DNA of 64,000 nucleotides from Squalus acanthias (lineage: Eukaryota), in assembly GCA_030390025.1 (NCBI GenBank), contig CM059430.1, forward strand, positions 76,756,001-76,820,000, written 5' to 3'. The notes under the pieces were generated by a model. The model was not told the DNA's origin. It made no database searches and worked only from the letters and a program-made list of their open reading frames with translations. Below are positions 11,610 through 23,543 of this stretch, in pieces. The position numbers and the translations under genes are program-made. The number at the start of each line of letters is the position of its first letter. Within the stretch, counting starts at the first letter, position 1.

Positions 11610-11918
11610 CTGTAAAATCGAAGCGATTTCCCGTTAGCTCATGACCTTAATTAGTCAGCAGAGTGCTGGATGAAACAGAGTGCGATCGGCTGTAGCTAAA
11701 TTGAAGATTCACGAATATGTCAGTTGAATAATGAATATGTCACTATCAGTGTATCATTATTGAAATTGCACAATTTTTCTGCTTGTTCAGAGCGTCTTAC
11801 AATTCACTGTGATGCGTAATAAAAAACCATTAGAATCCTTCGAATTCAAATAATTCATTGACACTGAAAAGCAGTACAACCTCTTTTGCACTCAGTGAGC
11901 AACTGCATTCTGCTATAC

Positions 11919-12504
11919 TCTGTATCTCACCCATGCTATTCCTGCCCTGGGAGTGTTTGATGCGGCACTGTAGAGGGGGCTTTACTCTGTATCTAACCCG
12001 TGCTGTACCTGCCCTGGGAGTGTTTGATGGGACAGTGTAGAGGGAGCTTTACTCTGTATCTAACCTGCGCTGTATCTGCCCTGGGAGTGTTTGATGGGGC
12101 AGTGTAGAGGGAGCTTTACTCTGTATCTAACCCGCGCTGTACCTGCCCTGGGAGTGTTTGATGGGGCAGTGTAGAGGGAGCTTTAATCTGTATCTAACCT
12201 GCGCTGTATCTGCCCTGGGAGTGTTTGATGGGGCAGTGTAGAGGGAGCTTTACTCTGTATCTAACCCGTGCTGTACCTGCCCTGGGAGTGTTTGATGGGA
12301 CAGTGTAGAGGGAGCTTTACTCTGTATCTAACCTGCGCTGTATCTGCCCTGGGAGTGTTTGATGGGGCAGTGTAGAGGGAGCTTTACTCTGTATCTAACC
12401 TGCGCTGTATCTGCCCTGGGAGTGTTTGATGGGACAGTGTAGAGGGAGCTTTACTCTGTATCTAACCCGCGCTGTACCTGCCCTGGGAGTGTTTGATGGG
12501 ACAG
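11919..12504. repeat. 67-bp minisatellite, about 8.5 copies
   Basis: Unit ctgccctgggagtgtttgatgggacagtgtagagggagctttactctgtatctaacccgtgctgtac with period 67 (11941, 12008, 12075...). Confidence 0.95.
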
Positions 12505-13021
12505 TTGCATTAATATTTCTATATTTAAGACTGGTAACCTGGTGCAGCTTTATTAATACAGCTGACAATGGGTTTATCAGAAAATATAAGCATATTTAAT
12601 CAGTGTCGAGCCCACCCACTGTGAGTAACCCGATTTTAAATAACTGAAAAAACTTAAAAACTATACAGAACCATTTATTAGTTACATTAGTATACAATAG
12701 TCAGTTTCGTAGTAAATTAAAATATATATATTTTTGAAAGCTTTTAAAATGTGCCCTGTGCCTAAAAGTTTAATTTTAAGAGCCTCTTTGAAGGCCCTTA
12801 AATGGGTGCAATTAGAGGAAACTCGCAATGATCTGAGGGCAGGGCCAGATTCTAGTGTGGTGTTTTTATAACTAGTGTAAAATATGGCTGAAACTAGATT
12901 TGCGCTGAGCGTAATGCGTGCTTAATATTCCTCTGGGAAAATGTTCGTGGCCGCCACGAGAGTTGGCGGTGTGACCGCCAACTCGGGTTAATGGCCACTG
13001 AAAATGGATGAAGCGCTACCC

Positions 13022-13698
13022 GGGGGAAATTCGCGCTGGGGGCAAAAGATTTTTACCGTGTAACGCTCTCCTGGTGGCGGTAGTGCAGCGTTCCAGCTTC
13101 CAACTGCCTCTGGAAATGAGGCTACGGAGTTCGTTAGGAGCTGTGGGAAATTAAAAGAGCAATGCATTAAAAGGCCAATGCCTTCTGAACTAATGACAAT
13201 TAAAATGAAGTGAAAAAATGCAGTTTTCAGCTCTTCCTGCCTTTTTTTAAAAAGTGAACTTTAAAAAGAAATCCCAAATGGGAGTCTTCAGCGCTTAAAG
13301 CTGAATTCCCTTCCGCACCTCAAAAAATGGGAAATGTGCTTCAGCATTAACACAAGTGGGTCAGCAAGCCAGGGACGGGGCTCCCACCGTCTCACATGCA
13401 GCACTCCACCTTTGTGCAGGGTGTCAACACTGCATGAGAGTTCCTTTACCCACAGGGGCCAAGAGGCCCTCCAGAAATGGGAGCACATCACCCAGGTGTT
13501 CACTGCCAGCAGTGTCGCCCCCACCAGCTCGCTCCAGTGCCAAAACAAACCTCATGACCTCAGACCACTGGCCAAGGTCAGTGAATGCATCTTCAAAAGC
13601 CGTCTCCTACCAACTGCAGCACTAGCCTCACACACTGCTCAATGCACAACACCCGCCCCCACCCCACCCCCCATCACTCACCTACCAACAATCTGTGC
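13022..13698 (+). pseudogene. Harbinger remnant with degenerate Myb/SANT exon 1
   Basis: WEHITQVFTASSVAPTSSLQCQNKPHDLRPLAK|gtcagt aligns with WREVAQSVSCRSMVPRTHVQCRKKFNDLTRVVR|gtgagt of the intact element; gggggaaattc end at 13022. Confidence 0.7.
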
Positions 13699-16303
13699 AA
13701 AACATTAATAGGAGTGGTATATAGGCCTCCAAATAGTAAAATAGAGGTTGGGGAGGGCATCACGAGGGAAATTAGAGAAGCGTGCAATAAGAGCACAGCT
13801 GTCATCATAGGTGACTTTAACTTACATATAGATTGGAATAGCCTAATCAGTAAAAATAATGAGGAGGAGGAATTCCTTGAGTGTTTAAGGGATGGTTATC
13901 TGGATCAATATGTCGAGGAACCAACTCGGGAACAGGCTATATTGGACTGGGTACTGTGCAATGAGAAGGGACTAATTAGTAATCTTGTTGTACGGGGACC
14001 CTTGGGTCAGAGCGATCATAACATGATCGATTTCTCACTCGAAATGGAGAGCGAAGAAATTGACTCAGATACTAAGGTCCTGAATTTAAACAAGGGGAAT
14101 TATGATGCCATTAGACGGGAACTGAGTAGGTATGATTGGACAACGTTCCTGGGAGGACTGGAGGTAGATAAACAATGGCAAGCATTTAAAGATAGAATGA
14201 CAAAATTGCAAAAATTGTTTATACCAATCTGGCATAAAAGGAAATCTAAAAAGGTGACTCAACCGTGGATAACAGGGGAAATTAGAGACAGCATAAAATC
14301 CAAAGATAGGGCGTATAAAATAGCCAAAAAAAGCGCCAGAGCGGAAGATTGGGAACAGTTTAAGATAGAGCAAAGGAGGACAAAGGGCTTAATCAAGAGG
14401 GGCAAAATAGCTTACGAAAGCAAGCTGGCGGAAAATATAAAAACTAACTCCAAAAGCTTTATAAGTATATCAAGAGGAAAAGACTGGTGAAAACCAAAGT
14501 TGGCCCATTGCAGTCAGATACGGGGGAATATATAACGGGAAATAAAGAAATGGCAGACCAACTAAATGCATACTTTGGGTCAGTCTTTACGAAGGAAGAC
14601 ACAAAAAACCTCCCTGGGATATCGGGAAAAATAGGGTCATTTGCAAAGGAGGAACTGACGCAAGTCAATATCTCTAAGGATATGGTGTTAAGGAAGCTAA
14701 AGGGATTGAAGGCGGACAAATCCCCAGGGCCTGATAACATGCATCCTAGGGTGCTGAAGGAGGTGGCCCTAGAGATAGCGGATGCACTAAGTATGATTTT
14801 TCAGAATTCATTAGACTCGGGAACAGTGCCCATGGATTGGAGGGTAGCTAACGTTACCCCACTATTCAAAAAGGGGGGTAGGGAAAAAGCAGGTAATTAC
14901 AGACCTGTAAGCCTTACATCAGTTGTGGGCAAAATGCTGGAGTCCATCATTAAGGATGAAATAGCGGAGCACTTAGCAAATGGGGACAGGATAGGACAGA
15001 GTCAACATGGATTTACAAAGGGTAAATCGTGCTTGACTAATCTATTGGAATTTTTTGAGGGAGTAACTGGTAAAATAGATGGGGGAGAGCCAGTAGATGT
15101 GGTGTACCTGGACTTCCAAAAGGCCTTCGATAAGGTCCCACATAAAAGATTAGCAGGGAAAATTGAAGCTCATGGGATAAAGGGGAAAGTATTGACGTGG
15201 ATAGAGAACTGGCTGTCAGATAGAAAACAGAGAGTTGGAATAAACGGCTCATTTTCTGAATGGCAGGCAGTAACAAGTGGGGTACCACAGGGATCTGTCC
15301 TGGGTCCCCAGCTGTTCACAATTTACATTAATGACCTGGATCAGGGAGTCGGATGCAGCATTTCCAAATTTGCAGACGACACTAAACTAGGAGGGGGGGT
15401 GGGCTCAGAGGAGGAGACCAGGAAGCTCCAGAGCGATTTGGACAGACTGGGTGATTGGGCGGATAAATGGCAGATGCACTATAATGTGGACAAGTGCGAA
15501 GTTATCCACCTTGGGTGCAGGAACGGGAGGGCAAATTATTATTTAAATGGCAATAAATTGGGAGAGGGGGAAGTACAGAGAGACCTGGGTGTTCTTGTAC
15601 ACCAGTCACTGAAGGCGAGCATGCAGGTGCAACAGGCGATCAAGAAGGCAAACGGTATGCTGGCCTTCATAGCAAAAGGGTTGGAATACAGGAACAGGGA
15701 TACCTTGCTGCAGCTGTACAGGGCACTGGTGAGACCACACCTCGAGTACTGTGTACAATTTTGGTCGCCTCATCTGAGGAAAGATGTTCTTGCCATGGAG
15801 GGGGTGCAGCGGCGATTCACCAGGCTGATACCAGGAATGGCGGGATTGACCTATGAGGAGAGACTATGTAGTTTAGGGATGTACACACTGGAGTTTAGAA
15901 GATTGAGAGGGGACCTCATAGAAGTGTATAAAATTCTGACAGGTCTAGACAGACTAGATGCAGAAGGAATGTTTCCCTTGGCGGGTGAGAACAGAACGAG
16001 AGGACATAATTTAAGGATAAGGGCTAAACCATTTAGGACAGAAATGAGGGGGAATTTCTTCACTCAGAGGGTGGTGAACCTGTGGAACTCATTGCCACAG
16101 AGGGCAGTGTACGCCAGCTCATTAAATATATTTAAGAGGGAATTAGATATATTTCTACAGGCAAAAGGGGTTAAGGGTTACGGAGAGAAGGCGGGGACGG
16201 GATACTGAATTGGAGGATCAGCCATGATCTCATTAAATGGCGGAGCAGGCTCGAAGGGCCGGATGGCCTACTCCTGCTCCTATCTTCTATGTATCTATGT
16301 ATG
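13699..16303 (+). mobile_element. Young CR1 LINE, subfamily A (5'-truncated, one frameshift)
   Basis: ORFs 13585-14490 and 14487-16208; near-identical to the 7384-10400 copy in opposite orientation. Confidence 0.95.
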
Positions 16304-16317
16304 AGGGACATCTCCCA

Positions 16318-17065
16318 TTCAAAAGGTGAGCGGGGCGGCTGGAGAGCGCGGAATCTCGGGAGATTCAAAAGGTGAGTGAGAGCGGCTGGAGACCGCGAAA
16401 CCTCGGGAGATTTAAAAAGGTGAGCGAGAGCGGCTGGAGAGCGAGAAACCTCGGGAGATTCAAAAGGTGAGTGAGAGCGGCTGGAGAGTGTGGAATCTCG
16501 GGAGATTTAAAAGTGAACGGGGCGGCTGGAGAGTGCGGAATCTCGGGAGATTTAAAAAGTGAGCGGGGCGGCTGGAGAGTGCGGAATCTCGGGAGATTTA
16601 AAAAGTGAGCGGGGCGGCTAGAGAGTGCGGAATCTCGGGAGATTTAAAAGTGAACGGGGCGGCTGGAGAGCGCGGAATCTCGGGAGATTTAAAAGTGAAC
16701 GGGGTGGCTGGAGAGTGCGGAATCTCGGGAGATTTAAAAGTGAGCGGGGCGGCTGGAGAGCGCGGAATCTCGGGAGATTTAAAAGTGAACGGGGCGGCTG
16801 GAAAGCGCGGAATCTCGGGAGATTTAAAAGTGAACGGGGTGGCTGGAGAGTGCGGAATCTCGGGAGATTTAAAAGTGAACGGGGTGGCTGGAGAGTGCGG
16901 AATCTCGGGAGATTTAAAAGTGAACGGGGCGGCTGGAGAGTGCGGAATCTCGGGAGATTTAAAAGTGAACGGGGTGGCTGGAGAGTGCGGAATCTCGGGA
17001 GATTTAAAAGTGAACGGGGCAGCTGGAGAGCGCGGAATCTCGGGAGATTTAAAAGTGAACGGGGG
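16318..17065 (+). repeat. 45-bp tandem array (about 16 units) forming the CR1 5'UTR
   Basis: Unit aaaagtgaacggggcggctggagagtgcggaatctcgggagattt; the 15-aa periodic ORFs are by-products. Confidence 0.93.
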
Positions 17066-17265
17066 CTACAACGGACCGGTGAATGTAAAGAAGTAAAAAG
17101 TAATCGAAGTGTGACATCACCAGAAAGCAGGTAAGTGATGGGTTGATGAGTATTTCTCTATTGCTCACTTTTTTCCAAACTTGGGCATCTAAATTTAAGT
17201 GCCTTGGTGTACATTAAACGATATACGTGTTCCAAGCTTTAAAACTAATTAATTAATTAATTGAG

Positions 17266-18222
17266 ATGGGAGACCAGGCAATGTGCTGTTGTTGTTGCAT
17301 GTGGGAGCTGGTGGACACCATTGAGGTCCAAGGCGACCACATCTGCAACAAATGTTGGCTGCTCGAGGAACTTCGGCTCAGAGTTGATGATCTGGAGTCC
17401 GAGCTTCAGACACTGCGGCACATTAGGGAGGGGGAGCGTTACCTGGACACTAAGTTCCAGGAGGCAGTCACACCCACTAGAGTGATTACTTCCAATTTGG
17501 CCCATGGTCAGGGACAGGAGGGTGTGACTACAAGCGAGGCAGGTATTGGGATCCAGGAGGCAGTGATGGAGGAGACTCAGCCCTTGGCCTTGTCCAACAG
17601 GTACGAGATCCTTGCTCCCTGTGTGGACGAAGGCAGGGACTGCAGGGAGGATGAGCAATCTGACCACAGCACCGTGGTAAAGGGAACCATTCAAGTGGGG
17701 GGAGTAAAAAGAAATGTTGTAGTGATAGGGGACAGTATAGTTCGGGGGATAGATACTGTTCTCTGTAGCCGAGAACGTGAGTCCCGAAGGCTGTGTTGCC
17801 TGCCCGGTGCCAGGGTTAAGGACATCTCCTCTGGGCTGGAGAGGAAATTGGTGTGGGAGGGGGAAGATCCAGTTGTCATGGTCCATGTAGGTACCAATGA
17901 CATAGGTAGGACAAAGAAAGAGGTTCTGCTGAGAGAGTATGAGCAGCTAGGGGCTAAATTAAAAAGCAGAACCACAAAGGTAATAATCTCTGGATTACTA
18001 CCTGAGCCACGAGCGAATTTGCATAGGGTAAATAAGATCAGAGAAATGAACGAGTGGCTCAAAGACTGGTGTGGGAGAAATGGGTTTCGATTTGTGGGGC
18101 ATTGGCACCGGTACTGGGATAAGAGAGAGCTGTTCCGTTTGGACGGGCTTCACTTGACCCATGCTGGGGCTAGAGTCCTGGCGAATCGAATAACTAGGGC
18201 TGTAGAGAGGGCTTTAAACTAA
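17266..18222 (+). CDS. CR1 ORF1p: N-terminal zinc finger/coiled coil plus SGNH esterase domain (318 aa)
   Basis: C..C.MW...HIC.KC; LSNRY; GDSIVRG, HVGTND and DGLH SGNH blocks. Confidence 0.92.
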   Translation: MGDQAMCCCCCMWELVDTIEVQGDHICNKCWLLEELRLRVDDLESELQTLRHIREGERYLDTKFQEAVTPTRVITSNLAHGQGQEGVTTSEAGIGIQEAVMEETQPLALSNRYEILAPCVDEGRDCREDEQSDHSTVVKGTIQVGGVKRNVVVIGDSIVRGIDTVLCSRERESRRLCCLPGARVKDISSGLERKLVWEGEDPVVMVHVGTNDIGRTKKEVLLREYEQLGAKLKSRTTKVIISGLLPEPRANLHRVNKIREMNEWLKDWCGRNGFRFVGHWHRYWDKRELFRLDGLHLTHAGARVLANRITRAVERALN

Positions 18223-18745
18223 ATAGTGGGGTGGAGGGTCCAGGTGAGCAGGAATTTAAAAAGTCAATGAGAAAGCAATAGAGCAGGATAGAGATGGGGG
18301 AAATATTAACCAGAGTCTGACAGGAAGGGACAGAACGTTTAAAAATAAGAGTGCAACAGAAAATGGGGCCAAAACAAGGAGAAATGGTAAAAAGACAAAG
18401 TTAAAAGCTCTATATCTGAATGCACGTAGCATTTGTAACAAAATAGATGAGTTGACGGCACAAATTGATACAAATGGGTATGATCTGATCGCCATTACAG
18501 AGACGTGGTTGCAAGGTGACCTGGGCTGGGAACTGAATATTCCTGGGTATTTGACAATTCGGAAGGATAGACAGAAAGGAAAGGGAGGTGGGGTGGCTCT
18601 GTTGGTAAAGGATGGGATCAGTGCAGTGGTGAGAAGTGATATTGGCTCAGCAGATCAAGATGTAGAATCGTTTTGGGTGGAGATAAAAAATAAGGGGAAA
18701 AAGCATCTAGTGGGCATAGTCTACAGGCCCCCGAACAGTAGCAAT

Positions 18746-21080
18746 ACATAGAAACATAGAAGATGGAGCAGGACTGGCCATTCGTACCCTCGAGCCTGCT
18801 ACGCCATTCAATGCGATCATCCAAATTCAGTACCCTGTCCCTGCTTTCTCCCCATATCCCTTGATCCACTTAGCCTTAAGAAATATATCTAACTCCTTCT
18901 TGAATATATTTAATGAATTGGCCTCAACTGCCTTCTGTGGTAGAGAATTCCACAGGTTCACCACTCTGTGGGTGAAGAAATTCCTCCTCATCTCAGTCCT
19001 AAATGGCTTACCCCTTATCCTTAGACTGTGACCCCTGGTTCTGGACTCCCCTGCCATCGGGAACAGCCTTCCTGCATCTAGTCTGTCTAGTCCTGTTATA
19101 ATTTTATAAGTTTCAATGAGATCCCCTCTCATTCTTCTAAACTCTAGCGAATGTAAGCCTAATCGATCCAATCTCTCTTCATACGTCATTCCTGCCATCC
19201 CAGGTATCAGTCTGGTGAATCTTCGCTGCACTCCCTCCATGGCAAGAACATCCTTCCTCAGATAAGGCGACCAAAACTGCACACAATACTCAAGGTGTGG
19301 TCTCATCAAGGCCCTGTACAACTGCAGCAAGACATCCTTGCTCCTGTACTCGAATCCTCTCGCTATGAAGGCCAACATACCATTTGCCTTCTTAACCACC
19401 TGCTGCACCTGCATGCTTACCTTCAGCGACTGGTGCACAAGAACACCCAGGTCTCGTTGCACTTCCCCTTTTCCCAATCTATTGCCGTTCAGATAATAAT
19501 CTGCCTTCCTGTTTTTGCCACCAAAGTGGATAACCTCGTATTTATCCACATTATACTGCATCTGCCCAATCACCCAACCTGTCCAAATCATACTGGAGTT
19601 TCTCTGCATCCTCCTCACAGCACACATGCCCACCCAGCTTTGTGTCGTCTGCAAACTTGGAGATATTACATCTAGTTCCCACGTCTAGATCATTAATATA
19701 TATTGTGAATAACTGGGGTCCTAGAACTGATCCCTGCGGTACCCCACTAGTCACTGCCTGCCACTCGGAAAAAGACCCGTTTATTCCAACTCTTTGCTTC
19801 CTGTCTGCCAACCAGTTTTCTATCCAAGTCAGTACCTTACCCCCAATCCCATGTGCTTTAACTTTGCACACTAATCTCTTATGCGGGACCTTATCGAAAG
19901 CCTTCTGAAAGTCCAAATACACCACATCCACTGGTTCTCCCTTATCTATTCTACCAGTTACATCCTCAAAAAATTCCAGATTAGTCAAGCATGATTTACC
20001 TTTTGTAAATCCATGTTGACTTTGTCCGATCCTGTCACTGTTTTCCAAGTGCTCTGCTATTACATCTTTTATACTGGACTCTAGCATTTTCCCCACTACC
20101 GATGTCAGGCTTACCGGTCTATAATTCCCCGTTTTCTCTCTCCCACCTTTTTTTAATAGTGGGGTTACATTAGCTACCCTCCAATCCATGGGAACTGTTC
20201 CAGAGTCTATAGAATTTTGGAAGATGACCAGCAATGCATCTACTATTTCTCGGGCCACTTTGTTAAGTACCCTAGGATGTAGATTATCAGGCCCTGGGGA
20301 TTTATCGGCCTTCAATCCCATCAATTTCCCTAACACCATTTCCCTACAAATACTGATTTAATTCAGTTCCTCCCTGTCATTAGACCCTATGTTCCCCGAC
20401 ATCTCTGGGAAGTTATTTGTGTCCTCCTTTGTGAAGCCAGAACCAAAGTATGTATTTAATTGGTCTGCCATTTCTTTGTTCCCCATTATAAATTCCCCTG
20501 ATTCTGACTGCAAGGGATCTACGCTTGACTTCACCAATCTTTTTCTCTTCACATATCTATAGAAGCTTTTACAGTCAGTTTTTATGTTCACTGCAAGCTT
20601 ACTCTCAAACTCTATTTTCCCCCTCTTAATTAATCCCTTTGTCCTCCTTTGCTGAATCCTAAACTGCTCCCAATCCTCAGGTTTGCTGCTTTTTCTGGCC
20701 AATTTATATGTCCTCTCCTTGGATCTTATGCTATTCCTAATTTCCCTTGTTAGCCACGGTTGAGTCACCTTTTTTGTTTTATTTTTATGCCAAACAGGGA
20801 TGAACAAATTCTGTAGTTCATCCATGCGATCTTTAAATGTTTGCCATTGGCTATCCACTGTCAACCCTTTAAGTAACATTCCCCAATCCATCCTAGCCAA
20901 CTCGCGCCTCATACCATCATAGTTTCCTTTATTTAAATTCAGTACCCTAGTCTCTGAGTGAACTACGACTTCACTCTCCATCTTAATGAAGAATTCTATC
21001 ATATTATGATCGCTCCTCCCCAAGGGGCCTCGCACAACAAGATTGCTGATTAATCCTTTCTCATTACATAATACCCAGTC
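18746..21080 (-). mobile_element. CR1 LINE subfamily C (5'-truncated), nested in the subfamily B copy
   Basis: ORFs 20358-21035, 19551-20339 and 18827-19654; (ttctatgt)n tail. Confidence 0.93.
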
Positions 21081-23543
21081 TGGATCGATAGAGTATAAAT
21101 CAACAAATTATGGAGGCCTGTAAAAAAGGTACGGTAATAATCATGGGTGATTTTAATCTCCATATTGATTGGACAAATCAAATTAGCCATGGTAGACTTG
21201 AAGAGGAGTTCATAGAGTGCATCCGGGATGGTTTCCTGGAACAGTATGTAATGGAACCAACGAGGGAGCAGGCTATCTTGGATCTGGTACTTTGTAATGA
21301 GACAGAATTGATAAATGATCTTATAGTAAAGGATCCTCTAGGAAAGCGTGATCATAGCATGGTTGAATTTCAAATTCAGCTGGAAGGTCTGAAAGTTGCG
21401 TCTCAAACCAATGTCCTGATCTTAAACAAAGGCAATTACAATGGCATGAGGGCAGAACTGGCTAAAGTGGACTGGAAAAATAAATTAAAGGGTAAGACAG
21501 TTGAAATGCAGTGGCGGACATTTAAGGAGATATTTCATAACCCTCAACAAAAATATATTCCAGTGAGAAAGAAAGATTTTAAGAGAAGGGAGCACCATCC
21601 GTGACCAACTAAGGAAGTAAAGGATGGTATCAAATTGAAAACAAAGGCATACAATGTTGCCAAGATTGGTGGGAGACCAGAGGATTGGGAATTTTTAAAA
21701 AACCAGCAAAGGATGACTAAAAAGAGAGAAGATGAATTATGAGAGTAAATAGGCTAGACATATTAAAACAGATAGTAAGAGCTTCTACAGGTATATAAAA
21801 AGGAAGAGAGTAGCTAAAGTAAACGTTGGTCCCTTAGAGGATGAGACTGGGGAATTAATAACGGGGAAATGGCAGAGACTCTGAACAAATATTTTGTATC
21901 TGCCTTCATGGTAGAAGACACTATCAACATCCCAATAATGGATAATCAAGGGGCCACAGGGAGGGGGAAACTAAAGACAATCACTATCACTAAGGAAATA
22001 GTACTTGGTAAAATAATGTGACTAAAAGATGACAAGTCCCCTGGACCAGATGGCCTGCATCCCAGGGTCTTAAAAGAAGTGGCTGCAGAGATAGTGGATA
22101 CATTGGTTGCAATATACCAAAATTCCATGCACTCTGGAGAGGTCCCAGAGGATTGGAAAACCGCAAATTTAACACCCCTATTTCAGAAAGGAGGAAGCAG
22201 TAGCAGGGCATTTGGAAAATCATAATGCAGTCAAGCAGAGTCAGCATGGCTTTATGAAAGGGAAATCATGTTTAACAAATTTGCTGGAGTTCTTTGAGGA
22301 TGTAATGAGCAGGGTGGAGAATGGTGAGCCAGTGGATGTGGTGTATTTGGATTTCCAGAAGGCATTCGATAAGGTGCCACATAAAAGGTTACTGCATAAG
22401 ATAAGAGCTCACGGAGTTGGGGGTAATATATTAGCATGGATAGAGAATTGGCTAACTAACAGAAAGCAGAGAGTCGGGATAAATGGGTCATTGTCCGGTT
22501 GGCAAACGGTAACTAGTGGGGTGCTACAGGGATCGGTGCTGGGTCCTCAACTATTTACAATCTACATTAATGACTTGGATGAAGGGACCGAGTGTAATGT
22601 AGTCAAGTTTGCGGATGATACAAAGATGGATGGGAAAGCAAGTTGTGCAGCGGACTCAAAGAATCTGCAAAGGGATATAGACAGGCTAAGTGAGTGGGCA
22701 AACATTTGGCAGATGGAGTATAATGTGAGAAAGTGCGAGGTTATCCACTTTGGCAGGAAAAATAAAAAAGCAAATTATTATTTAAATGGAGAAAGATTAC
22801 AAAATGCTACAGTTCAGAGCGACCTGGGGGTCCTTGTGCATGAAACACAAAAAGTTAGCATTCAGGTACAGCAAGTAATCAAAAAGGCAAATGGAATGTT
22901 GGCCTTTATTTCAAGGGGGTTGGAGTATAAAAGCAGGGAAGTCCTGCTACAACTGTACAGGGTATTGGTGAGACCACACCTTGAGTACTGCGTACTGTTT
23001 TGGTCTCCTTATTTAAGGAAGGATATACTTGTGTTGGAGGCAGTTCAGAGACGATTCACTCAGTTAATTCAAGAGATGAGGGGGTTGACTTATGAGGAAA
23101 GGTTCAGCAGGTTGGGCCTATACTCATTGGAATTTAGAAGAATGAGACGTGATCTTATTAAAACATATAAGATACTGAGGGGGCTCGACAAGGTAGATGC
23201 AGAGAGGATGTTTCCCCTTGTGGGGAAATCTAGAACTCGGGGGTATAGTTTCAGAATAAAAGGTCCCCCTTTTAGAACTGAGATGAGGAGGAATTTCTTC
23301 TCTCAGAGGGTCGTAAATCAGTGGAATTCTCTGCCGCAGAGAGCTGTGGAGGCTGGGTCATTAAATACATTTAAGGTGGCGACAGATAGATTTTTACAAA
23401 ATAAGGGAGTGAAGGGTTTTGGAGAGCGGGCTGGGAAGTGGCATTGAGCCCAAGATCAGCCATGATCTTATTGAATGGCGGAGCAGGCTCGAGGGGCCAA
23501 GTGGCCTATTCCTGCTCCTATTTCTTATGCTCTTATGTTCATT

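Larger units (their letters stand above)
16305..23540 (+). mobile_element. Near full-length CR1 LINE, subfamily B (tandem-repeat 5'UTR, ORF1, degenerate ORF2), interrupted by the CR1 at 18746-21080
   Basis: ORF1 17266-18222; EN from ~18400 stops at YRPPNSSNT and resumes at ~21085 (SINQQIMEAC); RT 22212-23447; (tcttatg)n tail. Confidence 0.9.

Noticed and set aside
16605-17134. Repetitive 163-aa and 169-aa ORFs; possible CRISPR-like array
   Set aside because: Pure 45-bp tandem repeat with no unique spacers in a eukaryotic CR1 5'UTR; the ORFs arise because the period is a multiple of 3
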